Below are positions 41,800 through 55,580 of a stretch of DNA of 64,000 nt, piece by piece. The notes under the pieces are model-generated. The model saw only the letters and a list, made by a program, of their open reading frames with translations, was not told the origin of the DNA and made no database searches. The stretch is taken from NCBI RefSeq assembly GCF_009914755.1, contig NC_060929.1. One strand, 5' to 3'. The translations under genes were made by a program, and so were the position numbers. Each line of letters starts with the position of its first letter. The first letter of the stretch is position 1. This DNA comes from the human T2T-CHM13v2.0 reference genome, Homo sapiens.

Positions 41800-42334
41800 G
41801 CAAGTACTTTTCAATATTCACATTAAAATTAGAATACTTTGCTCAGCTTCTTTAAAGTTTAGAGTGCTTAGAGAGTTTAAGAAGTTCTGGAAGAATAGTT
41901 CTCCCACATTTCCTGTTTGTTCTGTCTTGGCAAAATGGCTGCTGAAAACACAAGCTGAAAAGAAAAATGACCTCAATTTACAATTTCATTAATTAGACTG
42001 ATTTTTAATATATGGGGCTAAAATTCTTTTAAGTTGATCATTATGTATGTTTTATGATGATTCAAAAGGAACCATGATAAACTCAAGGTGCAGACTTTAT
42101 CTTTATCTCTAACATGAAAACCGGTATAGCTAAATAGAATGTTTCCTTTATTAGAACTTGTCGTATCTTCTCCGTTAAAAAGAACATTTTTTAAAGCAGT
42201 GTTTTTAGACTTTTTTTGCACTTCTCTTAACACCTTGTAATTTACATAACAAGAGGCAGATGCAGTCACTTGTTACATAAAGCACTAGCACAATATCAAA
42301 CATTGATTTTTGGTATGTATTATATAATAGGCTG

Positions 42335-42500
42335 TACCACATACTAGCTGTGGGACTTTGGAATGATTACTTAACCTCTCTGTTTCTTCTTCTGTAAAAT
42401 GGGTGAATTAGGCTTATCATACAAAGTTATTGTGGGTTTGAATGAGTCACTTAAGTAAGTGCTTAGCAAGTAGGAAGGGCTACAGTATGATTATCATCAT
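42335..42500 (+). mobile_element. MIR
   Basis: tactagctgtgggactttggaatgattacttaacctctctg...ctgtaaaatggg. Confidence 0.7.
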
Positions 42501-44061
42501 CATCTACATGATCTTGGGCAAGTCCCGTACTTCTCTGATCCTGAAGCTCCTCACCTATAAAAAATAGTCATCTTAATTTCTTTCCATAATAAGGGTTTCA
42601 GCTTCTTAAGGTAACTAATGTCATCCTTACACTAATGGGAAGGTAATGATATCCACTTTATAGGGCATTCATGTCAAATAAAATTATGTCATATACAAGA
42701 ACGTATTTCATAGCCCATAAAACCAAAAAGCTATAACATTCAAAGCATTATTATGAAATGGATAAAACTGATATATGTAAAAAAATTCCCATAGTGGCCA
42801 TCAAGTTGTTTGTGAGACAGTTTTTATATATAATAACATCCTAGCTTATAGGAATGAGGATAAAACAGAACTGACTCTTATGTTCAATTAGCAAAGATAT
42901 AAAAATTTAAATACTGTCTTAGATACCTAAAAATTACATTTAAAAAATTGCACCAAAAGCCAACATCAATGGCTTTTGTTCTAGGTAGCAAAATTACAAG
43001 CGAGAATTTTTATTCTGTATCTTTAACTTTTCTATACTTTTCCAAATATTCCTCCATTGTTATGCTTAACATTTGTCACTTAAATAGTGTGTGTTGTAGG
43101 TGTGTTTTTAAGAAGATGCTACTTGTGGTCTTTCAAGTAAGACTTAAAAATTAATAAAATAAAAATAAAACATAGATCTAATTGTTACACTTCAGAAGGA
43201 GAAAGGAGGACAAGTTAGTGCCCTTGGACACTGTATTCATCATACACTTTAATTCCACAAATACTTGGAGAGGACTACTCTCCAAACATATAAGGAGGGA
43301 CCAACCGGTTGCTGAGGAAATGCCAAAAATAGATCCCCACACAGACCAGAGGGAGCAGTGGAAAGGTGAGGAGGAAAGAACTGGCAATGAAGTAGGTGAG
43401 GTCTCAGGACTCAGTACTGTTTCAGTGGGAAACAGGAGTGAAAACACTCTCCACGGCAGAAGGCATCAGGTCCTCTGACTTAGGAAAGTTTCCATAACGT
43501 GGCCACCTGAGTGCCCAGTGAATCAGTAGATCCATTCTCTAGGGGAAGACGTGGCTTAACAGCATTAGACCCATTGCAGACCCCATTCAGCAATGCGGGG
43601 AGGGTACAAGCTCTCTCCTGGGGGTTCACAGGCTCCCTCGTGAGCAGCCTCGAGCCTTTTCTGCCTGCCCACCACCAACAGGGCTGGGTCAGGAGAGACT
43701 TTGTCAGGCGTTCTTTACAGCATCCCTGAAAATGGACTTCACATTTTTTTAAGGTTTTTTGAAGGAGTGAGGTATCCAATTAAGTTTCTTAAAACTTAAG
43801 AAGTAGTAATTCCTTGGGCATTTGAAAAAGGAATGCTTTCTGTATGTGAGTCTTAACATATTCTGCCCACCATTATAGTACACAGTAACATAAAGCAAGA
43901 AAAAATATCCTAGGAATATATTTTGTTAAAGTTTTTAACTGAGGTGGAATACCACTCATATTCTCCATATTGAATCCAGTTCACCAATAGGCTATTAAAA
44001 TTAGGATAAATCTGTCTTGTTTTTTTAAACTTAAAAGAACATTAGAATTTAAGGCATTTTC

Positions 44062-44426
<365 letters not shown>

Positions 44427-45015
44427 TCATAAAAATGCTGCAAATTATCAACTTTCATGAAAATAGAACTTTCTAGTAGTACCATTTTATTGAATTAGAA
44501 GTTGCCAGTTAAGTGTACATATGGCCAGCTATACTTAATGTTGGTAAGTCATGTGTATGACTGCTCTGGCTATAATAATCTGACATCCAGGTACTTGGAT
44601 AGGCTAGTTTTCTAGTTCGGGGCTTTGTGTTTGAAAATTAGCTGTTTCTCCTTAGAAATCAGCATGTCAGGAATCATCCACTCTGTGAAGACTTCTTTAG
44701 TAACTCAGTCAATAATCATTAGATATTTCATTTTAAAATTATCTAAGAATAATCTATGGCTTTGACTTTTCCAAAAAGGTTTTCTTGACTGTGATACCAA
44801 ATCTATGAAATACAGCTCTCTAGTATCTCCACAGAACTTAATTTTGTTTTTAGTCATTAGCAATACAAAGGGGACATGTGTAAGATTAACTGAGCTGATT
44901 ATCTGGTCTATGGTATACATTTTGTTTAAAATTAAAACTCTTTAAAGATAAACTGCATAGAAGTAATCTGTAAAGAAGCAGATGATATATTCTGAATCTG
45001 TAACCTTTGTTTTAG

Positions 45016-45080
45016 GTAAGATTATCTCCAGCCAAAATGTCAACCAAGAATTCTACAGATCTAGTTGAATATGTTGACAA
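45016..45080 (+). CDS. FAM81B: FAM81B coding exon 3 (VRLSPAKMSTKNSTDLVEYVD(K))
   Basis: Acceptor ttgttttAG|GTA; donor CAA|GTAAGT at 45081; 65 nt, phase 0 to phase 2. Confidence 0.9.
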
Positions 45081-47041
45081 GTAAGTGTGTAAATTACAAC
45101 TAGTTTTAACTATTAACTGCATTTATTGTGACAAATCTCACACGCAAAAAAGAAAAAATCCTGTGTTTAATTATTCAGTCAGAGATGAATGTACCTGAAT
45201 GAAACCTTTAAGTTCTCTGCATTCAGAAGAGATTAAATCATGTCAGAAAGACAAACCTGATCCTGTTCCTTTCTGATTGACAGAACAAGCAGATTTAACT
45301 ACCTTTTCTTTAAATGACCTCCATAGGTTCCTGTAGATTTATGTGAAAAGCAATACAACATATTGCATATTGCAACAATATCAGATATAGCTAACTATTG
45401 ACTTCAAAATAAACCAAGTAAAGCTGTTAACATTTCATGATAAAAACTCAGGAAATTTTGAGATATATTTCACTAATCACTAGAAGATGTTGTTTCTGCT
45501 ATTTACAGTGCCATACCTGGAGCTCCCCCAGGAAAGGTGTACCACAGAGGGACAACTCCAGGCACTTGGAAATAGAGTAACACACTGTTAACACATGCAC
45601 ATTGTCCAAAATACCCAAGGATGCCAGTGATGAAGGTGGCATTGCAAAGGCAATGCATATTAATTTGAGTTGTTTTCTATTCCATATGTCAAAGCAGGAT
45701 TTGGTCTAATGCTGTCATTCATGTTTTCAGGGCACTGGGGATTTAGTGTCAGTCCTTCTACTACTTTGCTGTGTAACACCAGTCAGTTCCATAATGTCTC
45801 TGGGCTTTAGTTTTTTCATTTGAAAAACAAAGAGGTTGGACTAGAAACTACTGCAGCTTTAAAATAATTCTGATTTTAATAATCATGACCACAGAAGAAA
45901 AAAATAGCCAAATGAATGAAATGAGTTCATGTGAAGAGAAAAATCTAAATACACCTGGAACTTCGATTTTTTAAAAATTATCTTTAACAATTAAGATGAT
46001 AAGATTTCTTCACTAATTTTTACTGCATTTTTTTCACAAGAATTCCCCTGTCCCTTGGCCAGTTAAATTTAATACATTCCAAATAGTTCAATCACAGTAT
46101 GTTAGCGTTAGCCCCTTTTTTCATGTTCCACATAACTTGTATTTGTTTATATGACTATGAGTCTATGATTTAGAAAAAAATAAAACTAAGCATGGGAAAA
46201 ATATTTTTAAATGTTTAAAAAATGCAATATTTGGACAGATGACTTTTCTTCTGAGTTAAGGACAATGAATGTAGTATGCACAAAAATAATTATTATAAAT
46301 AAATGTATTAGCTAACCTTATCTTCCAAGGAGAAAAGGGAAACTTGTCCCCACCTGACTCTCTACATGACAAATGGAAAATAAAAATCATTCTTCTGATC
46401 CGTCAAATTCTATTACAAACCTGTGTGGATTTCTTTAGCTCAAGCTGGTGATGTACATCCCAGGAGATGAGAAAATAAATTCCTGGAAAATGGTAACAAA
46501 CTTAAGCAGCAGAAGATAAACTTTTTGGATTTCTTTGGCTTTCAGATAAATTAAAATGAAGACAAAGAGGAAGAAATAGTCTATAATGCAAAGCAAAAGC
46601 ATGATAAAGATTACTTCACTCCAACATTTATTTCTACCTTAATCTCTCCCTTACCCCTTCTCTTACTATCTAAACCATATATCTGGAACTTTCTATTTAT
46701 GATTTCACATTGTTAATTGTCTTTTGGTCTCTCTCTTCGCATCTCTCAGAACAGGCTGCAAACTCCCTAAAGGAAGGCACTCTATGGCCTTATGATTTTT
46801 GATATCCCTCCAGTAGCCTATCATGATGTACTGAATACACTTGATGAACTGTAGTTGACAGATTTAATGGAAAGTAATGGTAGAACAATTGAATTGTTAT
46901 AGCTTTGCTTAAATCAGCTGATTAACTGGAAAAGCAAAATGGCATTTGGGCATTTCAGTAATAAGTGCAGACATTTTGAATTGACATATTCAATCCAATA
47001 AAATAAAAATAAAGAACAATGGTTTTTAAAATAACTTCACT

Positions 47042-47365
<324 letters not shown>

Positions 47366-47529
47366 ACTTCAGCCTTCAACTCATAGTTTTCATTGGGTGA
47401 CAACAAATGGATTGACATGCAAACAGAGTACTTAAGTAAAAGTCATTATCAACTCATTAAATGGCCTGAGTTTATATTACAGGTTTTCAGAGGTTTGGCC
47501 TTAAAACCTATATGGGTATATTTACAGGT

Positions 47530-47830
47530 AATACTATGAGCAAAGAATAACAACTCAAAAAGTAAAAATCCAGTCCCTCAGGGAGCTATCTAATAATGCG
47601 TTTGGAGCCATTCTAGCAGGAAGGAGAGAAATGAATTATTAGATAGCTGGCCGGGGTAGGCCTCATTAAGAATCTGACATTTGAGAAAAGACCAGGAAGT
47701 GAGGAATTTGTCCATATGGACATCTAGGGGAAGAGCAAAGTTTCGAAGGCAGGAATATTCTTACGGTGTAGCAGGAACAGAAAGGGGGCAAGGATGGCTA
47801 GGGTGAAAAGGAGGGAAATACAAATTGGAA
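47530..47830 (-). mobile_element. L2 fragment
   Basis: ccctcagggagctatc...ggcctcattaagaatctgacatttgag...ggacatctaggggaagagc. Confidence 0.55.
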
Positions 47831-48829
47831 CTATGATAGCATCTGGGATTCTATTTGAAAGTCTCTGGAGAAAATGAATCCTGAGTTTCTGCTGCCCATG
47901 AGGCAAATTCCAACTTTCCTGAACAAAAAGGAGGCCAAGGAACTGAGGATTTTTACTGAGTTTTCCAGGCTGGGCTATAGCCAATATATAACTCAGGAAT
48001 TCTCTCAAGAGTACATTTTGTGAAGATGAGGGTCTGGCTGACAGCCAAAGAATGATATTTAAAATCTGGATACATAAAACTTTCAGCAAGTCAAATGGGC
48101 AAAATAATAAATGATTAATGACTTCCCCTCATGAGTAGAATATGGAATTCAGGGTCTGAAAGTATTCATTTTCAAGGTTTTTCTTAGCACCATGGCAGAC
48201 ACTTTATTATTCCGTGATGCATTGCTTTTGTTACTACATGGTGAAGAGAGATATTTCACATTACAATGCATGAGAAAGGAAGACAAAACTCTGTTGGTTG
48301 AACTTTCTATGGATAGATCATGTTAGGTTGGATGGTGCTACTATCAGCCACAGTGCAGTCTTTTGGTCTTTCTCTTTCTTCTTTTCATGCCCCCCCCCAC
48401 CCACCTGTGATGGGCAAGGCTCTGCTGAGAGTGGGCACAGTCACAGGGATTGGGCATTACCCATAGGGACCCCCAATTAGTAAGGGAAGGGGCTGCCCAA
48501 ATGATGATCAGTCCCTCCTAAGAGGCTGTCTGGATTCTTGTCACATTTAAGACCTTCTGCTCAAGCGTGAGAACTCCACTGAGGTCAGGCTGATGCTGAT
48601 CTCAGTTCTCTAGAGCACAGAGGGAGCCCCCACCAACCTCTGGGCCTCTGAGAAGACCCTTAGGACTCCGAGGAGAGATGGGAGCCAGGCAGGAAAGGTG
48701 ACTTGGTGAAAAATTACATGATGTTGGCAGCAAGTTACATATGAAGAAGCAGAGGGAAAGACACACCTTTCTCCTCTGAGAAAAGTGCAAATGTAACAGG
48801 AAGAGCCACTAACTGGCCTAAGCAAAGCT

Positions 48830-49020
48830 GCTGTGATGTAGGAGAAAGAGGAGAGGCTAACTAAAATGTTTCGCTGCTGAGTGACTCATAGCCTCCATGC
48901 CTCAGTTTCCTCCTAAGTAGAGACAAATTTTACTCATGCCACAGGGTAGTGGTGGGAATGCAATGAAAATGATACATTGACTATAAGCACTAAATAGAAA
49001 TAAGATAGTGTTATAATAAA
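48830..49020 (+). mobile_element. MIR
   Basis: gcctcagtttcctcct...cacagggtagtggtgggaatgcaatga. Confidence 0.55.
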
Positions 49021-49027
49021 TTCCTTA

Positions 49028-49334
49028 CATTTCTCCTGGGCTAGGAGCTCCCTACCACAAACTGCGTGGCTTTAAACAATAGAAATGTATTACCTCACAA
49101 TTCTGGAGGTTGGAGGTCTGAAATCAAAGTGCCAGCAGGACTGGTTCCTTCTGAGGGCTCCAAGGGGAACCTGTTCCTTGTCTCCTGCCTAGCTTTTGGT
49201 GACTTTTGGGAGTCCCTGGCACTCCTTGGCTTGTAGATGTGTCAGTCCAATCTCTGCCTCCATCTTTACATGGTATCTCCCTGTGTTTCTGTCTTCCTAC
49301 AGCCACCTTCACATACATACATACATACATACAT

Positions 49335-49365
<31 letters not shown>

Positions 49366-49553
49366 TACATACATACAGGCATCTTCACATCGACACCAGC
49401 CATGCTGGATTAGGGGCCCACTCTACTCCAGTAGGACCTCACCTTAACTAATTATATCTGCAAGACCCAATTTCCAAATAAGGTCACATACTGAGGTATT
49501 AAGCTTTAAGACTTCACTGTTTCTTTTGGGGGGACACAATTCAACCCATAACA
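49028..49553 (-). mobile_element. MLT1C-like solo LTR with internal (TACA)n at 49311-49376
   Basis: ctcacaattctggaggttggaggtctgaaatcaaag...ttccaaataaggtcaca...ggggacacaattcaacccataaca. Confidence 0.85.
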
Positions 49554-52020
49554 ATATTTAATAATTATAAATTATTGTAAGAACACATATATACAACATT
49601 GTACAAGACATATTTACAAGACATTGCAGAGTATTTCAGGTACACATCCTTTAACTTGATCTCGTCAGCCAGGTGGGAGGGTCAGGAGTCCCTCTCTCCA
49701 CAGAACAGAGAGGGAGCCCTCTTCCGGGCAACCTCAGAGAGGTTGAAGTTAGCTTGTGACAGAGATAGAACTTGAACCCAAGTCTTCTGACTCCAAGTAC
49801 AGCGTTCTTTCCCCTGGAGACTCACATTAAACACTCCCCACCCCCACCCCCAAAGACCAAAGTAATATGGGAAGGTATCTCAAGAGGGCCACAAATGCTA
49901 CAGGAACTCCCAACATCATCAAAACAATTTGCTACTGCAGTTTGCATATGCTTCACCTGTAAGTATGACCCAGACATCCACCCTGCCCTCACTGATACAG
50001 GGACTCTGTTTGGAACCTTTGTCAACCTTGATGCCTCCACATGAAGGAAAACCAATCGTACCAGGCACATCACTCATTTTGCAATCTTACTAAAAATTTT
50101 GCTGAACATGAGGAGTCTGCCTTATAGAGCGCATCACTTTTCACTGGAAAAGAATCACAACCAGTTCTTTCTCCAGTCTCTTCTGGACCGTGCCACTATA
50201 TGGAGTTCTTTTTGGGCCCTTCCTGATGCTCTGTGCTGGCCCAGCCCTGTTGGCCTGGTGTACTTCCTTCTGCACTGGGCCCACCAGAACTCAAATTGCC
50301 TGCCTCACCCCCCAGAGCATTCAGCCCTACCTAAAACTCAGCAGTGGAAGTCTCTCCAGCTACAAACATCCACTTGCCAGGGTGGTTATAAACAAGCAAC
50401 ACAGAAACTATAGAAAATGTTTTTTCTATTTCATCACTCCCCACACACACTCATAGATTATTTTTGTGAGGCATCAAAATATTCTCTGAGATTTCACTTC
50501 AGGTTTTTTTTTTGTAGGACTCTCTGCACTCAGACCGTAACTAGTCATATATTAGATCTCATAAAAATGTAGAAATCTTTCTTCGGTATGCCTTTTTGTG
50601 TTCTAGAAAAAGGTTTAAATTTTCAAGTTTGATTCTCTGAGTATTACAGGTTGCCAAAATGGTTACCAGAATCTCCCCAGTAAATTTAGGGCTCTATTCA
50701 CAAGAACAGAACAGGCAGGGAAGTGAGAGGCTCCATGTACCGGCTGATCTGCCAGCTACAGCACAGCTGGTGTAAGTCACACCGAATTACAGAAAAATAG
50801 AACTCAGAGTTTGTGGAAAATCTGTTCAGATTCAGTTGTCAGCTACATAATCAATGATCTATGTGAAGCCCAAATATCTCTCTGAAAAGGCCCCCTAGGA
50901 ATTTTTCCTCCTGTGGTTGGTGACTCCATCTGCACTAGTCTGGAATATCCAGTTATTTCTTTCCTTTCATAGTTAAATTTAGATCTAGGTCCCACTGACA
51001 TACATAACATACTAAGAAAGCAGTGAGGTTCTTAAATTTACATCTTACTACTAGGGAAAGCCCTCAGTTTTTATCCCTTAGGAATACCTAATGATTTGAA
51101 TAATGGCCTCGTCAGGAATCTCTCTTAGAAAATTGAGACATGCTCATGTGTTTGTTCTTCCATGGTTGATTTAGAAAGGTCAATTGGAAAACAATATTCT
51201 CTGTCCTTGTGGCAATGCAAATAGGGAAAAAATATAAGCTGTCTGTTGATCTTCAGGAACCATGTAAATAAAACCAAACAGAGCCATCATTTGGTGCTTC
51301 ATTAAACCTTAAGAATTAGCAATAATAATAAGACTACAGTTAATAGTAAATCCCAGGCCTGAAAAGGAATTTCAAAAAGGAAAGCTCTCCACTTAAACAT
51401 AAAATAAATTTTAAAAATAATCTTTAAAAATTTAGGAGAAGAAATAACTACAGTCCAGCATTTGCATCCCACTTAATGTCTCCATGGTTGCAGGCAAATA
51501 GCTTTGCATAGCAGTAGGTGATACCCTCCTAAAAGTCTTCCTTCGATGGGCCAAATAGCCACAGCATTGAAATCAGCCCTGACAGACAAGACCACAGACC
51601 TGCTGGCTTGGGTCTGCCCTCGCATTGCTCTCTCTGGATATAATCTTGACATTAGCCAGTAGCACCTCACCCGCAAGAGTGAGGCCCTGGGACCCTCTTA
51701 ACCTCAGACATACAGGTGTGTGGCATTGGTTTCACCACCCTCTCTACTGCATGCATCTCACTTATTATCTCAGAACTTACAGCCACACAGCAAAATAGGC
51801 CTTGTTGGCCCTGTTTACAGATGAAGCAATTAGAACACTCGGTTGGTAAGTGGTGGAGCCTGTGTTCTACCCTCAGTCTACCTTGCTTTCCAACCTGCCA
51901 AGCTGCTTCTGGATGTCTACAGAACTTGAGAGCTCATATTCCATAGTTCACTACTTTAGCACTTCATTATATATCCTGCCTTATATTATTCGCTGATTCA
52001 CATGACCAGTCTTGAACAAA

Positions 52021-52210
52021 TCAGTGGTGTTTAGTCTTTAGGATACATTAGAATCACCTATGCGCTTGCTTAAAATGCATATTCTTACTCTCCCCGCCTA
52101 CCCTAAAATTTTGATTCAGTAGGTTTGTGTTGGAGTGGAGTAATCTGTATTTTAACAGCTTCCCTCCCTCACCCTCCCCTGTGATACCAATTCAAGTATA
52201 AGAAATACTG
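52021..52210. mobile_element. MER5-family MITE
   Basis: cattagaatcacctatgcgcttgcttaaaatgcatattc...tgattcagtaggtttg...atctgtattttaacagctt. Confidence 0.7.
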
Positions 52211-52268
52211 AATTAACTTAAGTTCCTTGAGGAACAGAGCCATTATATGTAAATATGTAGTATTACAG

Positions 52269-52335
52269 GTATGGACTAGAGTAAATGTGTGTATGGACTA
52301 GAGTAAATATTGTATATGAACTAGAGTAAATATTT
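52269..52335 (+). repeat. Three imperfect ~22-bp tandem units (GTATGGACTAGAGTAAAT...)
   Basis: Units at 52269, 52291 and ~52314. Confidence 0.85.
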
Positions 52336-52394
52336 AGTAAGTACTTAATGTATCTTTATTTGAAATGACATTTTTATTGGTAAGTGACTAGATA

Positions 52395-52905
52395 CAGACA
52401 CAATGCTTTCAGCTGCACATAATAGAAGCACTAACCAAAAATGGTTTAAATGTAGAAATACTGATTAGCTCATATAACAAAAAAAATCCAGAGTTTGGTA
52501 AATTTAGTAGCTTCAGAACATCATTAAGCAGCCAGGTGGTTTTTTTTATTCTTTCTCTCTGCCATTTCCTTTTTCCTCATGATCACAAGATGCCTTTGGT
52601 AGTTCCAAGCATCATGCACAGACAGGACAACATTCAGCGAAGAAGAGGGAAGTTTCTTCTGTGTATCCCTTCTTGAAGGCAAAGACACTTTATCCAGAAG
52701 CCCCATAGCAGGTTTCTCTTTGCATCTCATGGGCCAGAATTGCTTCACATGCTCTTACCATAACCAATTGCATCTCAACCCAGAAGAATGGAATCTTTAT
52801 GATTAGTTTGCCCCTCAGAAGGACATGGGGGACAGGAAGGATGAATCAAGTCAGGCAGAAGTTGGGGGTGGCTGTTGGGAGGGTAACCAATGGTATCTGC
52901 CATAC
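52395..52905 (-). mobile_element. Old MLT1 (MLT1J/K-like) LTR
   Basis: atgctttcagctgcacataatagaa...tcacaagatgcct...ccagaagcccc...catctcatgggccagaat. Confidence 0.65.
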
Positions 52906-53594
52906 TGAGAACATCTAGGAGAAAACAATTTCTAAATTTGGGGGGAAATGAAGCATAATTTATAAGTGTCTGTACAAGACTGAAAACCGGGAGACCAAAT
53001 ACCTTTGCTGGCAAATCTGGGATATAGATTGTCTAGAGGCCACAAAGCAGCACTGGCTCAAAGAAAATAATGAGCAAATCTGCAGTCCACCACTAGGCTA
53101 TGTGTCACCTTCAGCAGAGCCTGGCATCTTCTTCCCTTCTGCCTCTGACTCATACATCCAATCCAGGGTAGCACTGACAGCATGGTGGGGGTTTTAGGGG
53201 AATGGATTTTATATATGGTAGGTACCATTTGGTGATTTTCCAAAAGAACATTTTTGAACCAAATGAGTGGTAAATGCAATCTGACTCACAAAACCCCTTG
53301 GCAAAGTTTTCTTTGCACCTCAGATTTCCAGGTGATAGAAAAGAAGAATCTCTCTGAGTGTGCGAGTGTGTGTGCACATGTTACAAAAACTACCATGTTA
53401 ATGAAATATTCAATTTGAAAAAAAAAAAAGAAAAGAAGAATCTCACCCAGGCTGAGACTATTTTATATTGCTCAAGAGAGTAAACTATGTCTTGAGGCTC
53501 CAACAAGCTGTGACTTTATGGAGCCACTTTTTTTTGGTCCAGTTTTCCAACAACTGAGCCTTAAGGGAACAGTCCAGGTAGAGAAATCAGTCTG

Positions 53595-54070
53595 TCAATC
53601 AACAAATATTTATTGACTGCCTACTATGTGCCACACATTCTTCTCAATGTTGGGGGACTGTGCAGAACATGCTAGAAAAGTGCCTCACATAGGGAGCTCT
53701 CATTCTAGTGATGGAGGATAGACAATAAACAGAAACAAGTAAATAAGATAATTTTAGATAATGACAAATGCTTTCTAGAAGATAAAATGGGGTATTATGA
53801 GAGAAGGCCTATGTGGTTGAATGAGATAAATGGAGGGAAGAATGGGAGGAAATGAGGTTAGAAAGGAGAGATAAGATTTTATTCTGAGAGAATGGATAAG
53901 CCATAGGAAGGTTTTAAGTAGTCAAGGGCTACCATTTACACTTTAGAAAGACCACTCTAGCTGCTGTATGGAGGATGTGCTATTTGTTAGGAGGAAAAGT
54001 GGAAAAGATAATGGTGGCCAGGATCAAGAAAGGAAGAAAGAACTAAAATAACTGTGGGTTTGGAGCCTAA
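53595..54070 (-). mobile_element. L2 fragment
   Basis: tcaacaaatatttattgactgcctactatgtgcca...agaccactctagctgctgtatggagg. Confidence 0.75.
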
Positions 54071-55074
54071 GAATACTGCTGGGTGTTATTTCTGCAGCTA
54101 CCCTATTAGGTCACATGACTAGCATTAATGTCCCCCTGCTTATTGTTGGAATGATGAGAAAATGTGGGAGCTAATGTTAACATTTGATTTTGGAATCTGT
54201 GAGTTTCAAATCGTGACCCTGAATCTCCAAGTTGTGTGACCATTCCTTGTTCTGTCTGGTAAATTTCCTCAGTCTGGTCTTCTAAATCACTAATTCATTC
54301 TTTAGCTATTTTTTCTGTTATATTTATCCTACCTTTTATTTTTTATTTCAATTATATTTTCCATACCTAATGGTTCTACTTACTTTTTACGTTTTCTAGT
54401 TTTTCTTATTTTACTAATATCTTCTGTTGTCTTCTCTCTTAATATGTTTAATAGCCTTTTAGAAATTTATTGTGTACATTTTAATATTTCTCTTCTGTGG
54501 GAATCTGTAATCTACTAGGTTGTTTATTTGTAGGTTAATTACTTTTAAAAAGGCTGTGCTCCTCAAAAGTCCTGTTAATCTGGCCTTTGAACTCATTTCC
54601 CCTGGGCATTTCAGCCAGATCCTGGTCTCCAATGGAGCCTTGTCAGCTCCAGTGAGTCCAGGGGTGGGGTGTGGATGAGCCCCAGGCACCAGAAAACCAC
54701 TCCCTATTCCACAAAATAACTTCTCCTGTCAGGTCTTCACCTTTTGCTCCCCAGGAAGAAGCAGGTTTAGGAGAACACTTGCTTTCCCACCCTGTGGACA
54801 TTTAGAAGTGAAACAAGGTGGCAGCAACTCCCCAAAGTCAATTGTTCCCCAAGTTTCTTGTTATTGTTACTGCTCCAATTCCTTACCAACACAGTCCCTC
54901 TGCCCTGCCTAATCTTTCTTTAGAGGACACCTAGAATAGTTTGACATTTCAAGGAGTCAGAACAACTGGTCCCAAGGAAATAGAGAAGAAGAGCAGACTT
55001 ATGTTGTTCCCTTTCCCTATTTTATCTTCCCACAGCCCTCCCAAGCTGTCTCTTGTCCCAGGCCAACGCAGCCA

Positions 55075-55580
55075 TCTGATTCAGGTTGGGTTGCCCAGGG
55101 AACAGACTCTGAGATGGAGATTGGCGAATAGAAGGCTTATTACAGAGCACACTGGGATCAACACCTGTGGAAGGGAAGGGAAAGGAATGGAACTGAACAG
55201 AAGGAATAGTTGAACTATATGAAGTGAGTTGAGCCAACTAACTTCAATTAGTTATATATGGATTTTATATATATTAGGTACCATGGCTCCAACAGTTGAG
55301 CCAAAGAAGACTTCAACCAACTTCACAGGAAGCTCTGGAGCTGGGACAGCCCTTCAAAGTTGTCCAGAGTTAGACCAAGCATGCCAGGCCTTTATACCCA
55401 CACACTGTCCAATCACTGAATAAAGCTGCCCCAGAAAGTGGGCATGACCTTGACAAGGCAGTTCTCAGAGAAAGCTAACAGCTGAAGTCTGCCAGCTGGC
55501 AGCACTCCCAACAGTTGGGGGGTATAAGTCCTTCCTTCCTGAACGGGGAGCTGGGTGGCACATCACGGCATCCACAGCAC
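55075..55580 (-). mobile_element. LTR16A-like (ERVL) solo LTR containing a 56-bp insertion
   Basis: gggaacagactctgagatggagatt...gggatcaacacctgtggaagggaa...ggaagctctggagctgggacagcccttcaaagttgtcc. Confidence 0.7.

Noticed and set aside
43178-43779. Overlapping 70-99 aa ORFs in FAM81B intron 2
   Set aside because: No recognisable homology or convincing splice signals; lengths expected by chance.
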